DNA of 64,000 nucleotides from Okamejei kenojei (taxonomy: Eukaryota): the NCBI GenBank assembly GCA_035221665.1, contig CM069157.1:18042001-18106000 (forward strand), given 5' to 3'. The notes beneath the pieces are model-generated. The model was given only the letters and a program-made list of their open reading frames with translations, was not told the DNA's origin and ran no database searches. The translations under genes and the position numbers were made by a program. Every line of letters starts with the position of its first letter. Within the stretch, counting starts at the first letter, position 1. Below are positions 40,501 to 55,313 of the stretch, piece by piece.

Positions 40501-43500
40501 GCCGTAAAAATTGAATTTAAGCAGAGTTAATTATCTTATTATAATCGTGTAAGCTGCTCGGCGGAACTTTTCCACATTAAAGATACACCAGCGCAGTGGT
40601 GCACTCTGCTGCCTCCCAGTTTCAAAGTTTCAAGTTGAACCTTGATCTTGGTTGCCGTGTGGAATTTGTACGAGCTCCCTGTGACCACAATCTGGGGCAC
40701 TCAAATTGCAAGGTATGATCATTGGTGGGACAATTAACTACTGTAAATTGTTTCTAGTGGACAGAGACGGCAGGAGAATGGATGGGGGGAGATAAGGGCA
40801 TGAGTGATCTGGGGAAAGGGAAGAGGTGATGGGGATGCAAGTGGAAGAATGAATGGGATTAGTGTACCGTGCTCGGTGGCTAGCACGGATGCAATGGGCA
40901 GAAAGGCCTGGCTCCGTACTATGTGGAAATTGTACGTTGCTTTTATTGTCTCCAACTTGGCAAAGACTAGGATTTCCAGAAGCAATCATGTAGGATCGTG
41001 TTCAAGGTCACCAAGTACTTTATCGTACCTGCAGCACGCTCCTGTGTCCTTTCACAGCCTGCTGGTTTACTGGGACCATGTCCTCCTCACTCAGCTTCAT
41101 TTCATACATCTTAACCAGCATCTCCGCTCCTTGGCTATTTTTCAACATCACATCCACCGTCTTCAACCTAAAAGAAATTAACGTATTTTCCACTGAAATT
41201 AAACATATTTTACACAGAACATAAAAGTGATACATTTAAATGCACTCCAAACTGGATCCAACCAGACAATTTGACATTTTTCTTTTTTGACACATTCATG
41301 GCCTTTCATCGATGAATGAGATATATACTACAGGCTGGCCACAGATACTATTACAGCTAGTCCAGCAAGACTGAGATATACCAGTCATTTTAAAATCCTC
41401 AGATTCAGAAATGGACAATTCCATTAATGGTGTTTGTATAAATGAAGACTCACTTGTCCAAGTAGGCTGAGGACAATGAATGCACTTGATCCATCTTCTG
41501 TACCACCAGGTCCAACTCAGAGCGTAGAACTGGGATACTGGCCGCAGAAGGAGACTGGTAGAAAAAGGTCTCGCATCTCTTTGTCACGTCATTCAATTCA
41601 GATTTCAACCCACTTAATTCCTGCTGCATGTGCTGTAAAAGGAGTAAACAGTCAAATAACCAATGCACAGATTTTAGATCAATTGTCTTGAAAGACAGGT
41701 AAACTATGGAAAGGTAGCAAGAAATAATGAGATACTTGCATGCATTTGTCATGAGGGTAATGTTAAAATATGGCAACTTTGGTTATCATAGAAAAGCTCT
41801 TAAAATACAGGGAGACATGATCATCAGTTCCAACATACTGTTGATATATATTGAATTGAATTGAATACTTTATTTTCACATGTGACAAGTCAGTGAAATT
41901 CTTTGCTTTCATTCCCAAGGTATGCAAATAGTTGCCACATAAAGGGTGCTGACAAAGCTACAAAGCATCCCATGCAAGTCCTCCCTTGTTCTCCCCTCTC
42001 CCCCCCCTCCCCCTCAACTAACCTCCTGTTCAGCAATTCTGAAGGTATTTTCTTGCATGACATCTCCTTCAACTGAGGCTTGAAGTCTCCGTATTAATCG
42101 GTCGCTATTCTTTTCCAGGCGCAGGTGTATATTTTGTAGCTCCGAGATGCAGGTCTTACACAGTGTTTCGTCTTTTTCTTCTGTTTAATAAATACATAAC
42201 AATTCTAAAATTCAACCCCTCTCTTGCTATTTTGAAGTCACATTTCAAGAGATAAACACACGTTAAATGAATGGAATTATTAACTGGACGTTTATTGGAA
42301 ACTCATTTGCTTATAACACAAAATACTGCACCCATCACCCACTGTTGCCTGGCAGACCAGCATACCTGGAAATTGAACATTGCATCTTAATGATTAGACA
42401 AAGTAATGGTGCACCCTAACCTTCAGAGTGAAATGTCACACTGTAGTCCTAAGTTAATTTTTTTCCTGCAGTAACACGGCACATATTGTGCCACCACCCA
42501 TTGCTGATCAAAGCAGCAGCAGCACTGTCCCAATTTTTAAACAGGAATGCTCTGGCAATTTGCACACGACAGGTAGAATTGTCAGTCTCTCACATCCAAA
42601 CATGGGATTACCAAAATATAACATCTATAATTTTTGACAGCAGGTAGATATGTACCTCAACAAAATGACAAAGCTGTTAAGATTCATGAAAGTTCAAGAT
42701 TCCAACAATAAACTGCACATAAGATGCATGCCTCACCATTTTCAATACACCAAATCACCTACCTAAAATAATACATTTGTTAACACTTTGTTGAATAATA
42801 CAACTTAAGGGTCAACCACTGGATGGTTTATAATTTAATTGGTATGTTCAGTGTTAGAGCATGGGTTATAGCAACAAAGCAATATTTTATTTCTTGGCAG
42901 TCAAGTAATAAAAAACAATCACAAGCAAACTGGTTTCAATCATACTGCTGAACAGTAATACACCGAGGAAAAACATTTTGCTTTTGTAGTTGAATTTAGT
43001 TTAGAGATAAAATGTGGAAACGGGCCCTAAGGCGCACTGTGCCCTTACCAACTAGCGATCCCCGCACATTAACACTATCCAACACACACCAGGGACAATT
43101 TACAATTATACTAAGCCAATTAACCTACAAACCTGTCCGTCTTTAGAGTGTGGGAGGAAACAGAAGATCTCGGAGAAAACTCACAGAGAGAATGTACAAA
43201 CTCCATACAGACAGCACCCATTGTCGGGATCGAATCCAGCACTGGAGCTGCAAGCGATGTAGGGCAGCAACACCACCGCTGCGCCACTGTGCCGCCAGTC
43301 TCCAATGATACAATTTTGAATTCTCACTAAAATACCTCTTTGGACTCATAGAATCATAGAAAATAGATGCAGGAGTAGGCCATTCGGCCCTTCGAGCCTG
43401 CACCGCCATTCAATATGATCATGGCTGATCATCCAACTCAGTATCCTGTACCTGCCTTCTCTCCATATCCCCTGATCCCTTTAGCCATAAGGGCCACATC

Positions 43501-46500
43501 TAACTCCCTCTTAAATATAGCCAATAAACTGGCCTCAACTACCTTCTGTGGCAGAGAATTCCACAGACTCACCACTCCGTGTGAAAAAAGATCTTCTCAT
43601 CTCGGTCCTAAAAGACTTCCCCCTTATCCTTAAACTGTGACCCCCTTGTTCTGGAGTTCCCCAACATCGGGAACAATCTTCCTGCATCTAGCCTGTCCAA
43701 CCCCTTAAGGATTTTGTCAGCCTCTATAAGATCCCCCCTCAATCTCCTAAATTCCAGTGAGTACAAGCCGAGTCTATCCAGTCTTTCTTCATATGGAAGT
43801 CCTGCCATCCCAGGAATCAGTCTGGTGAACCTTCTCTGTATTCCCTCTATGGCAAGAATGTCTTTCCTCAGATTAGGAGACCAAAACTGTACGCAATACT
43901 CCAGGTGTGGCCTCACCAAGACCCTGTACAACTGCAGTAGAACCTCCCTGCTCTTGTACTCAAATCCTTTTGCAATGAATGCCAACATACCATTCGCTTT
44001 CTTCACAGCCTGCTGCACCTGCATGCCTACTTTCAATGATTGGTGTACCACGCACCAGGTCTCGTTGCATCTCCCTTTTTCCTGTTTTTGCCGCCAAAGT
44101 GGATAACCTCACATTTATCCACATTATACTGCATCTGCCATGCATTTGCCCACTCACCCAACCTATCCAAGTCACCTTGCAGCCTCCTAGCATCCTCCTC
44201 ACAGCTAACACTGCCCCCCAGCTTCGTGTCATCCGCAAACATAGAGATGTTGCATTCAATTCCCTCATCCAGATCATCAATATATATTGTAAATAGCTGG
44301 GGTCCCAGCACTGAGCCTGCGGTACCCCACTAATCACTGCCTGCCATTCTGAAAATGACCCGTTTACTCCTACTCTTTGCTTCCTGTCTGCCAGCCAGTT
44401 CTCTATCCATATCAATACTGAAACCCCAATACCGTGTGCTTTAAGTTTGTATGCTAATCTCTTATGTGGGACCTTGTCGAAAGCCTTCTGAAAGTCCAGT
44501 ATAACACATCCACAGGTTCTCCCACAGGTTTAGGTTTATTGTCATATGTACTGAGATATAACGAAAAGCTTAGTTTTGCTATCCCATCAAATCAGATCAA
44601 ACTACACATAAATACAATCAAGCCTCACTCAAGGACAATGGGTAGAGCAAAGGGGAAGAGACAACATGCAGAATATAGTTCTCAACATTGTAGTACAACT
44701 GTCCCAGAGCCAAAGTCCAATGCTCACAATGAGGTCGAGGACAATCAGACTGCACCTTATGGACGGACTGTTCCTTCCTAATCGCGATACCTCCTGCAGT
44801 CCCTCAACTCTCTCTGATTTTTATGTTCCACCAATGCTCAACATTATCAACCTCGTGGCTTGGCTAAATTCACTACTAAGCTTACAGGCTTGAGGTTTGT
44901 TTTACTTGAGATAACGGAAGGGAGCAGAGTGACCCGCCAGGGGAAAGCACAAGCTGTTGAGGGAGAACAGCAGAATCGCTCGATGGGCAGCTTGATATTT
45001 GGATATGAGCGCAGTAACAGAGCTACGATAGAACCAGTAATCATTGATCCTGCTGCTGAATGAACCATACCAAACCAATGGTTCTTTATTGTCACGTATG
45101 CACAGAACTTGTTTTGCACAACCACAAATTAATATTCGCTACAATTTGGTGCTCTTAAATTTTTTTTTTTTTTTTAAACAGAAAACACAAACAGTCCAAA
45201 ATGCAAAGTCCAGTCCATGTGTTGGAAGTCCTGGAGGGTCCCCGGAGTGCTACGTCAAGTCAGGGCTCAGACTAGGGTGATGAATCAAGCAGACTACTGG
45301 GTTTCAAGCTGTTCTGCTCCTGATGCATAAGACAATTAAACACTCTCAACTCTCTTAATATTTAATTTTATTTAATTTTTAAGTTACCTAATTTTGACAT
45401 TGAGTGCGTTTAATGCTTTTGCATACACGTTGAACTGATGATTCTGTTTATTTAACATCATTGCAGCAAATCATCACATTCATTTCTGTTCACAAAGATT
45501 AAATCTCAGATATTTTGCAATGTACTTCAGGCACACGGGGAAGATCAGCTAAAATAACCGCGTCAATTGATTTTAGCAACCAGCAGGTGGCGTCTGAATG
45601 AGCTCAGGACTCAGCAAGAAGCAACTGCTGATTGAATGCAAGACCAAAGTGCCATGAGGAGAGCAAATTAAAATTTCTGCAGGCACTATTTTCTTTGATG
45701 CATTCCTTTCATTGATAATCACACTAATTAATTTTAGATGAATTATATCTTTCTATTTGTATGAACTATTTTACCTGTAAATAAATGGCCAAATTGTTTT
45801 AACCTGTACACAGAACTCTAATGCTGCGTTCTATTCTTACTTATGAACATTTGGTGGGCATTCCATTTATTCTCCGTTGGTTATTACACAGAGGTAGGTT
45901 ATTCTATGTACTTTACTAAATATGTTAAATATAGGAGGCTCTATTATTTCGATATAAATTTCAGTGACAACATGGCATTGGAGCTGTGCTTGCAGTTATG
46001 CGTGTAGAGTGTAGAGTGGGGGCTAAGCACATAGCCCTGAGGTACTATGGTTTTGTTGGTCAGTGAGGAGGAGCTGTGGTTACCAATCTACAATGACCGA
46101 GGTCTGCCAAAGAGAATTCCAGTTGTGAAAGGGAGGTACAGAGGCCCAAAAACTGGATCCTGGTAAGTTTAGAGAGGGGATGACTGTGTCAAATGCTAAG
46201 CTGTAGCTGATGGTGAGCAGGCTGACGCAAGTGTTTCTGTTAACCAGATGGTCCAGAGCAGAGTGGAGAACTAGAGAAATAGCATCTGCTGTTGACCTAT
46301 CACTGATACCCATATTGGTGTAGATTTGGGTCATTTCTGAGGCAGGAGCTGATTCCCGTCACAACCAACTTCCTGAAAGACTTCATTACGGTGGGTGCAA
46401 GTGCTAACTGATGATAGTAACCGTGATCTTCTTGGGAACCCAGTACAATAGATGCCATTTTGAAGCAGTTGGGAACCTCAGACCATAGAAGTGAGGGGTT

Positions 46501-49500
46501 GAAGATGTCATTGAATGCTCCAGCCAGTTGGTGCGCACAGACCTCAGCACTTAGCCAGGGACGCTGCCTGGGTTGGGTACTTTGCATCGATTCAGCTGCT
46601 TGAAGTATACTCCGATGTTGGTATCAAGAACTGAGATCATAGGGTCATCAGGAGGAGAGGGCGTGCGTAGGTGCGTTGTTGTTGTTCTCCCTTTCAAAGC
46701 GCGTAGAAGAGGAAATGAGCTGCTGCAGAGGTGATGCATCGTTGTCACACATGCTACCCACTTTCACACGGTAGGAAGTGAGAGTGTGCAAGCACTGCCC
46801 TATCCTTTCATCTATGACTCCAGTTTTTCATGAATTAAAGTCAATAATTTATGACCAACACTACCGTTGCTAGAAAAAAAATGTTACATTCAATGGATCG
46901 TCTTATTTTTCTGCGGTGGCTGGTGTTTCGTTGTTGGGATGAATGGGCGGATATTTTAATAAAGTGGAAATCTAGATCCACAGGTTACTTTTGAAAGAAA
47001 CTTTGAATGCTATTAATATAGAAAATAATTACGCCGATGACAATAATCGAAGGGCACATGATGTGATATCGCGAGGGTTTTTTAACTGACCCGTTTCCAT
47101 GGTAGCCAATAGCTGCTCGTAATGCTCCTTACAACCATCCACCTCTTCCTCTAACCGCAGTCTGTCCGCAATGGAAAACACTTGCGACTCCTGGCTGTCT
47201 TCAAGGAAATCCTCATAATGCACCTGGAGGTTTTTCATCAGTTGCTGCTGCTCGGTTGCTTCGAGTGTTTTAATCTGAAATGCCAATTGTATTGAGATTG
47301 TGAAAACTTGATATACAACTGTCACAAGTGGCCTTCATTCTCCAAGCTAATTTGGCGAAGATAGCATCCTGCACTGATCTGTAAGTAGGTTTTACGGAAA
47401 CATTGGTACCCAATAAAACAAAATATATTCTAAGGAAGTTAATAGCGGTACAATTTGCATTTCATAGTTAAAAATATTCTCATGTAAAACATTGATCATA
47501 TTAAAGAGGTTATTTAAACCGAATCTGGAAATGTTAACCATCGTTTACACAAGCCTACATGTGATACATTTTACAAAAACAACTTCTGCAAACCAAAAGG
47601 GTCCATCTGTAGAAACATAACCAGGAATGAATGGTAGATTACAGGGTAGGCCGACAGATTTATATTTTTTTGATAGGGTCTGACTGCAATATGTAAGAAA
47701 AAATAATGGATACGTACAGTGTCTTTGTTCCAAGTGTGAATAGTTTCAATATCCTTCACTAGGTAATTCCAAGCCACAACACTTTTCATATTAAGGTGCA
47801 GTTGGTGCCACAAAGCCATAACATTCTGATATATTTGTTCAATTCTGAAACACATGATTAAAGATCTCAGAAAATATCATCCATTTTACAAAATAGCAGG
47901 GAATCATATTCTGGTTGCCCCAATCCAGGAAGGGTGTGGAGTCTTTGGAGAGGGTGCAGAGGTGGTTTACCAAAATGCTGCCTGGATTACTGGGTTTCAG
48001 CTCCAAGGAGAGGTTGGGTAAACTTGGATTGTTTTCTCTAGAACATCGGAGGTTGAGGGGAGACTTGATGAGTATATAGAATTAGGAGAGGTATGGATAG
48101 GATAAAAGTCAGAACCTGTTTCCCCCAGAATGGAAATGTCCAACACTAGAGGGCATAGCTATCAGGTGAGAGGGGAAAAGTTTAATGGAGATATGCGAGG
48201 CAAGCTTTTATTTTACACAGAGGGGTGGGGATGTATTGCCATGGATGGAGGTGATGGAGGCAGATACAATAATGTTATTTAAAATAATTTTAGAAAGACA
48301 CATGCAAGTGCAAGGAATAGAGAGGCATGGATCATGTGCAGGCAATGAGACCGGTTTAGCTTGGCATCATGTTTGACATAAACATTGTGGGCCTAAGGGC
48401 CAATTCCTGTGATGTGCTATGTTCAATGTTCAATGTCCCATGAAATTCCCAGTGTTTTAAAATCAATCAGTTGATAGTATTCTGTGACAAGATTACCATC
48501 TATAACAGCAATTAAATGTTTTATATCATTTATTACCTGCTGCTAGTGTCAATGGCCTCCTGGTTGGGTGCAGGGATTGTGAAGCAGACCGATGGAACCA
48601 TGGCCTCGTTACCAGTGGGACTAATAACCTTCCATTTCGTTCTGTGTGAGTTATCCTCCAGAACACACTCGTCATTCTTACAAACAGTGATCTGTCAATA
48701 ATTACAAAGTTATAACTCGAGCACATTAATCATTGTCAATACTTCATTCCATTTTTATCATAAAACAGAACATTTCTTAACAGAAGCGCAACCAAACTTG
48801 CAGGGGACACATTTACTTAAATAGAAAATGAAGCATCTACATTTGAATTTCCTTATGCTTTTGGATATTAGGTTTGGTCCATGGCCACTGAAAAGAAATT
48901 GTGCATCAACAATGAATGTGAAGTGCCGCAAGGGATCCAGTGCTTTATGGTGCTGACCCAATGAACCAAAATAAATCATCAAGACAAATGATGATCTACT
49001 AATAGTAGAATTCCAGATACTTGGACTACAGTTAGTCAATTTTTCGTTGAATGAGGATAAGAAGTTGTGACGAAATAAAAATAGCGCATATAGTTTGTCA
49101 CAAAATTTAGTTTACTGTACATTTGTGATCAATAAGATTCTTTTTCAATTCTTGAAAGTCCACTCCTCAACCAAATGGTCGTGGTTTTGAATAGTGACAA
49201 TTATTAAAGCACAATTGCTTGGGAGTGATATTTCCAAGTTGTATTGCATATACATTTTTTTTTTAAAAAGCGAGGTGCATTGCACAATGCACCATCTCCG
49301 ATGAAGGGAAAAATTGGCATGGTTGGATGACCCCAATAAAAACGTACCTCCTTTTGGCCAATCCCGGAGTGACATTGACCGAGGTAATGGAGTGAAGACA
49401 GCGGCCCAGACCCTGTAACCTTCCCCGTTGATGGATGCTGCATGGTGCCAAGCGGCTCCCATGAGAAATAACAGAGACAGGGCAGGGGGAAGTGAGGGAA

Positions 49501-52500
49501 TAGGGATAAAAACATTGTTTGCAACATTTATTAAATTTCTCACTTAATAAAACACTACAGAGTTGAAATTTTATATTATACGAACAAGATGTCAGTGCCA
49601 ATGTTAGGTACAAGCCACCCGAGGCTAAATATGGAGATTGTATTTATCATATTTTAATACCGATTTCGACTCATTGCTGAAAGAAGTTCATTTCAGTATT
49701 TTCTCATCTTTTAAATCTTTCACTATGTGCCGATAAAGAGGTCATACCTCGATTTGCCTGTAGTCACAGATCGCTCTGATTGGGATCGTCCCTTTTAGAA
49801 CATTATCAGGATTTCGTGGTTTCAACTGGACAATTGTTTTTGCTCTTCCGACGAGACCCGCTATGCAACTCTTGTACTTTATCAGTTGTTCCTTTTCATC
49901 CTGCAAAGGGAAAAAAAAATACATTCAAACCCCTCGGTATTGAAAGAGAAAACAATACCGTGTAAACAAATTAGAACTGACGAGCGGGAAGACCTGCACA
50001 TAAAACGAACAAACCACAAACAAAAAATAACTTTAAAAATACAGATTAAATACAGCTTTAAATTTAGATATTTAAAACTACAAAAAGGTAATTTCATTAA
50101 AAAATGAAACTAAATTAAGAAATCTTCAAAGACCAGCTGCAATGAAATAAATATATTTTCTACGATTAGAATACATTTAGGAGCTGAGATTCAATTTTGC
50201 AGACCAGATTTTGCTTTGCTTATGTTTAGCCCTCTAGGGGACATGCTTAGACAATACAACCAAAGTGTAATGTAACAGAAACAAATTGAAGGAGTTTTAT
50301 GGCTAAGCTCTAGACTTTTTGTTGCTTTAGGGCGCAGAAGATGAAAACAGGCCATTATGCGCAGCAAGACCATGCTGGCCATCGGTCACCCATTCACATC
50401 ATTTCAATGTTATCCCACTTTCTCATGCACTCCGATACACTAGGGGCAATTTATAGAGGCCAATTAACCACCCACCCCGCACATTTTGGGAGTGTGCGAG
50501 GAAAGTGGAGCACCAGGAGGAAATGCAGAGAGAACATGCAAATTTCACTCAGACTGCACCCGAGGTCCGGATCGCACCAGGGTCTCTGGCACTTTGAGGC
50601 AGCAGCTCTACCAGCTGCACCACTGTGCCACCACCTCATCACTGTTAGAACTTGAAATGAACATAAACTGATATTACATTAATTGACATATGCAAAACGT
50701 TTGTGCTGTTCTAGATGAAATCAAATGGATAAAATGTATTGTACTAATTCAGTTGCTTTAGCAAGATCAAAAATGATTTGATCCATGTGCGTTTGATCTT
50801 AACATAATGACAAATAAAAGAATGGTTTTGATAAATTTCAAATGAAGGAGAAATTTAGCATTTTATATCGTTAGCTCAGAATGTAATGACTAAGAATCTC
50901 CAAACAACAGTTTGTGAAAATCAAAATTAAGATTGATGGATCTGGAAATGGTTATTCTCTTCCTATAATAACATGTTTGAATTCGGTACAAGTTGACCAA
51001 ATTTTAGGAATCTATTCAGGTGCTCCCCGATTTACGATGCTTCGACTTGCGATATTTTGACTTAACGATCAGCAACGGCAGCGAGCCGCACGTCACTTCC
51101 AGTCACGTGATCACAGTGTATTAAACGCGTTTTCAACGCAATATTTTCGGTTTACGACGAGTTTATCGGGACGTAACCCCATCGTAGGTCGAGGACTAGC
51201 TGTATATTAAAATGAGATCTGGTAAACAGTTAAACAAATAAACTGTGCAGTTTCCCTCCATAAGGCACTGCTTGATCAGGTATGAACAGTTCCATTAGAT
51301 CATTGATTTATAGTGTTATCTGGAGCAGAGCAAGAAATATTTTAGCCTCCACTGGCAAAACCACTTAAAAAAAAAAATTCTTGAACCAAGCTGGTTAGTA
51401 CACATTTGGGTGTTCTAGAATTGACTTTTCATATGCAGATCTAACACGTGAGCTGAAAATGACCTACTTACTTTCTGAGATGAATGAATGCCATTTTCTT
51501 ATACTCAATATTTTTGGCACTATTTCAATAACTGCTTCACCTGAAGAAACTTCAGAACAACTATTTACATCTCTAATCCAATTAACCCTGCTTCAATGTC
51601 ATGACGTTTAAATATGTATGCCTTCAGCTTTCATATAAAATGCCCTAACATTCTTTCATCTCAGAGTTTCCTCACTTTCTTTGCAACGATAGAAGAACTA
51701 AAGCAGGACAGCTCACAAGCTGTAAATCACTACGATGACCCTGATATAATTAGTGAAATAGTTGGCGGAAGATTAATTTATCTGCTTAATTCAGGTTATT
51801 TCTGGAAAGGATTTTGAATAACAGGCAATCATCCATGAAGATTTCGTCAGAGGGTGGTGAATCTGCGGAATTCATTGCCACAGACGGCTGTGGAGACCAA
51901 ATCAATGGACATTTTAAGGCGGATAATGACAGATTCTTGATTAGTGAGGCTCAGGGGTTATGGGGCAAAGGCAGAATGGGATTGAGAGGAAAAGATAAAT
52001 CAGCCATGATTGAATGGCAGAGTAGACTTGATGGGCCGAATGGCCTTATTCTGCTCCTAGAACAAATTTATGAACTTAAGAAGCTGCCATTTCTATATAT
52101 CTCAATGAGACAATTATTAATAAGCTAGATTCATACAACAGGCACAAAATCTCCATACCATTGAATCTTGAAGTAGATCCTCCAGTTTTGACAGACTACT
52201 GGTCCGATCACACTTATATTTTCTCCTTATTGTCTCCTGCAGGTTTCGTAAATATTGTTCTGCTTCTTTAACATCACTTAAAAACTGCAAGACAAGATGA
52301 ATACAAATAGCATGCTTCTTAATAATCAGAAATAGCTGAAAAAGAAACTATTCCTCCAAACCTCTACTGGACAGAGTATCGGAGGGAGGGGGTGGTGACG
52401 GTCGAGCGGGGAGCGGACAAAGTCACAGCCGACAGCAAGTAGCAGCAGCAGGTGAGAAGGGAGGGAGCCCCATGGTGACCGACCGCGTTCTGTCAGTGGC

Positions 52501-55234
52501 GGCAGCCCGAAGAAAGTTCTGTCACCGTGGGGTTACAATGTCAGCCGCAACAACAGCCGTGTCACTAGATGAAGATGGGCTCTCTGGTGCACTTTGCAGG
52601 TCAGGAGTGCGGTTGGAAGCCTGAGCTCTAAATGGCCGGGGAGCAGGGGATGGGTCGGCAGGTCATTCCCTTTAGTTTACTTTTTATATTTGTTTTATAT
52701 AAGTTTTTGGAACTCCATGATGCTTTGGAGACACGGGAGAGGTAATTACCAGGCCCAGAGTTGTAGTGTCGTTTCATTATTACATGACCTCTGTTAGTCC
52801 GGAAAAATAAATAATCCAGACAGGGTCTGGAACAGAGGGTGCCGGAAAACCGGTGTTCAACCGTTATCACACTTTGTGTCTTTCTTTGGTAAACCAGCAT
52901 CTGCAGTTCCTTGATATTACATTTATAGTTAATATGTTTGCTGCAAATAAAAGCAATATATTTTACCTGGAAGTAGGTAGTGTTATCTTTCACATGTTGC
53001 TCCACACAACAGCACAGCTGTTTGATCCAGTGCCACTGTGTCTGAAGTGCTGCACTGTATGCCTTGAAAGTAAATGGCAGTTTAATCAGAAGTTGCACAC
53101 CTTTAAAGTTCCTTATATTGAGCTTTTGATTGAACCTATGTCACATTAGAGAGCAGCCTCGATTTTTAATTTAAAAAAAAAAAAGATTTTGGACAAGAAC
53201 ATCTGTAACATCTGTGATGAATTGCACCCTCCCTATTAGTATTTCTGATAGGATGCAACATCACCACAAAATAGTTAACAACTATATTCTGGAATATTGT
53301 CATTGCTATTATATAGCAAATAGGGGCGGACTGAATGTTGGAAGATTTTGACAAAAATACATGAGGGTACTGATCTGCTTACTTCGTTATTCCCCAGCTC
53401 CTATATCTAAATCGTTCCCCCACAACTCGAAATATGTCAGTATACCTGTGACATAGTTAATTGGGGCAGCATTGTTGGAAATCAGTTTTGAAATGTTACG
53501 CAACAAACACTCCAACTTATGAAACAGGAGCTGGAGTCGGCCAGTCGGCCCCTCAGGTCACCTCCACCATCTAGTCTTTAACCCAATATTAATTTCCCAT
53601 TCTCTGTTAAGTCTCTTGCAGTTAATAAACTCTGTCCCTGCATTAAACAACAATATTCTTAGTTGTAATGAACAGATTTAATTGTATTAAGGGCCTGTCC
53701 CACTGTACGAGGTAATTCAAGAGTTCTCCCGAGTTCCCCCCTGATTCGAGCTCGTGTAATGTAGGTAGCGGGTACGTAGGGGCTCGTACGAGTAAAAAGT
53801 AACCATTTTTTTCATCACAAGTATTTTTTTACTCGTGGACATTTTTCACAGTGTTGAAAAATCGTCACGAGTTTACCGGATTTCCCGAGTACCTACTGTT
53901 ACTCATATGAGTTGCTACGTGACATCCATGAGCTCCTACGTACCCGCTACTTACATTACACAAGCTCGAATCAGGGGAGAACTCTGGAGATCTCTTGAAT
54001 TACCTCGTAGTGGGACAGGCCCTTTACTAAACTGACATGGGTACATTAACGTATTGCAAAGATACATAGACCAGTATAGCACAAGAACAGGCCCTTCGGC
54101 CTGCTATGTCTGAACTGAACATGGCGCCAAGCCCATCAATCTTGGTGTTTATCTACAAGATTGATTGTATCCCCTTATCAGAAATGCACAGAAAATATCA
54201 TTTACCTCGAATTTCACTGACTGATATCACTGAATGATAGACATGCCGAACCCTGAAGGCACCACAATTATTAGTAAGATGCCTCTCCATCCTCTACAAT
54301 GTTACATTAACAAGGTTGGCAAGATCAGGGTCAATTGTTTGGGAATTAAAATGATTCTCTGATAATTAATCGGGAAGCAGAAGTAATCCTGCCAGCATCT
54401 AACATTCCCTGATAGAGACTTTAAAATCTAGACGCTCAATGAACAGTCGGAGAGCACAATTTGAGGCTGGGGTTTTAACAGCTGCTCAAGAAAACAAGAG
54501 ATAATGCTGCAAATCATTGGAACAATTGCCATGAATTGCAAATCTAAACTTAAACCAGCAAAATTATCTTATTATTTAACTGCATAATAAATTAAACAAT
54601 CAAGAAATCAACCAATTTAATTCAGCCATGAAATTAAAATTCAATAATGATTTGTCAAAACTTCACAGATGAGTTGGACAAATTACCTCCACCGTCTGCC
54701 TGGCGGGATGGCTCTCCAGCGAAAGCTGTTCTCCTGTCTCCTGGTGGGACTTAATAAACATTTGCTTCTGCTCCAGTTCTTTCTTTAGGTCCTACAGGAT
54801 ACAGGGGAAGATTTATTTTTAACCAACCTTCAGTCCATTGCTTCAATGGCCATATTAGTTGTCAAGTCGAATGGGGACAGAATATAAATGACTGAGGAAC
54901 AAGAAAATGCTGCAATTGTCCATTGCAAAGATTAGAAATCTATCTTGGAATTTATAATGAAACTCAACAACTGTAAAGAACAAGTTCAAGTGATTTTTCA
55001 TTAACTATCCAGGTTATAACCCTGTACTATTAGAATTAATTTTGCCAGGCATGTATCATTTTATCCCACAAAACACTGCTGCAGTTTGCATTAAGCCACA
55101 ATTTCAATTATGTAAAAGTTACTGTCACTGTTAAGTTATTTGTTTACAAGAGAGAGATTTAATGATTTTGTTGAACTCTGTGCTCCAATAGTCAAATTAA
55201 ATTAATCAGTGGGATTAGTCATTTAGGCGGATTG

Positions 55235-55313
<79 letters not shown>

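Noticed and set aside
52360-52660. GC-rich patch as an internal CpG-island promoter
   Set aside because: Short, with no supporting start or donor; more likely an unrecognised repeat fragment.
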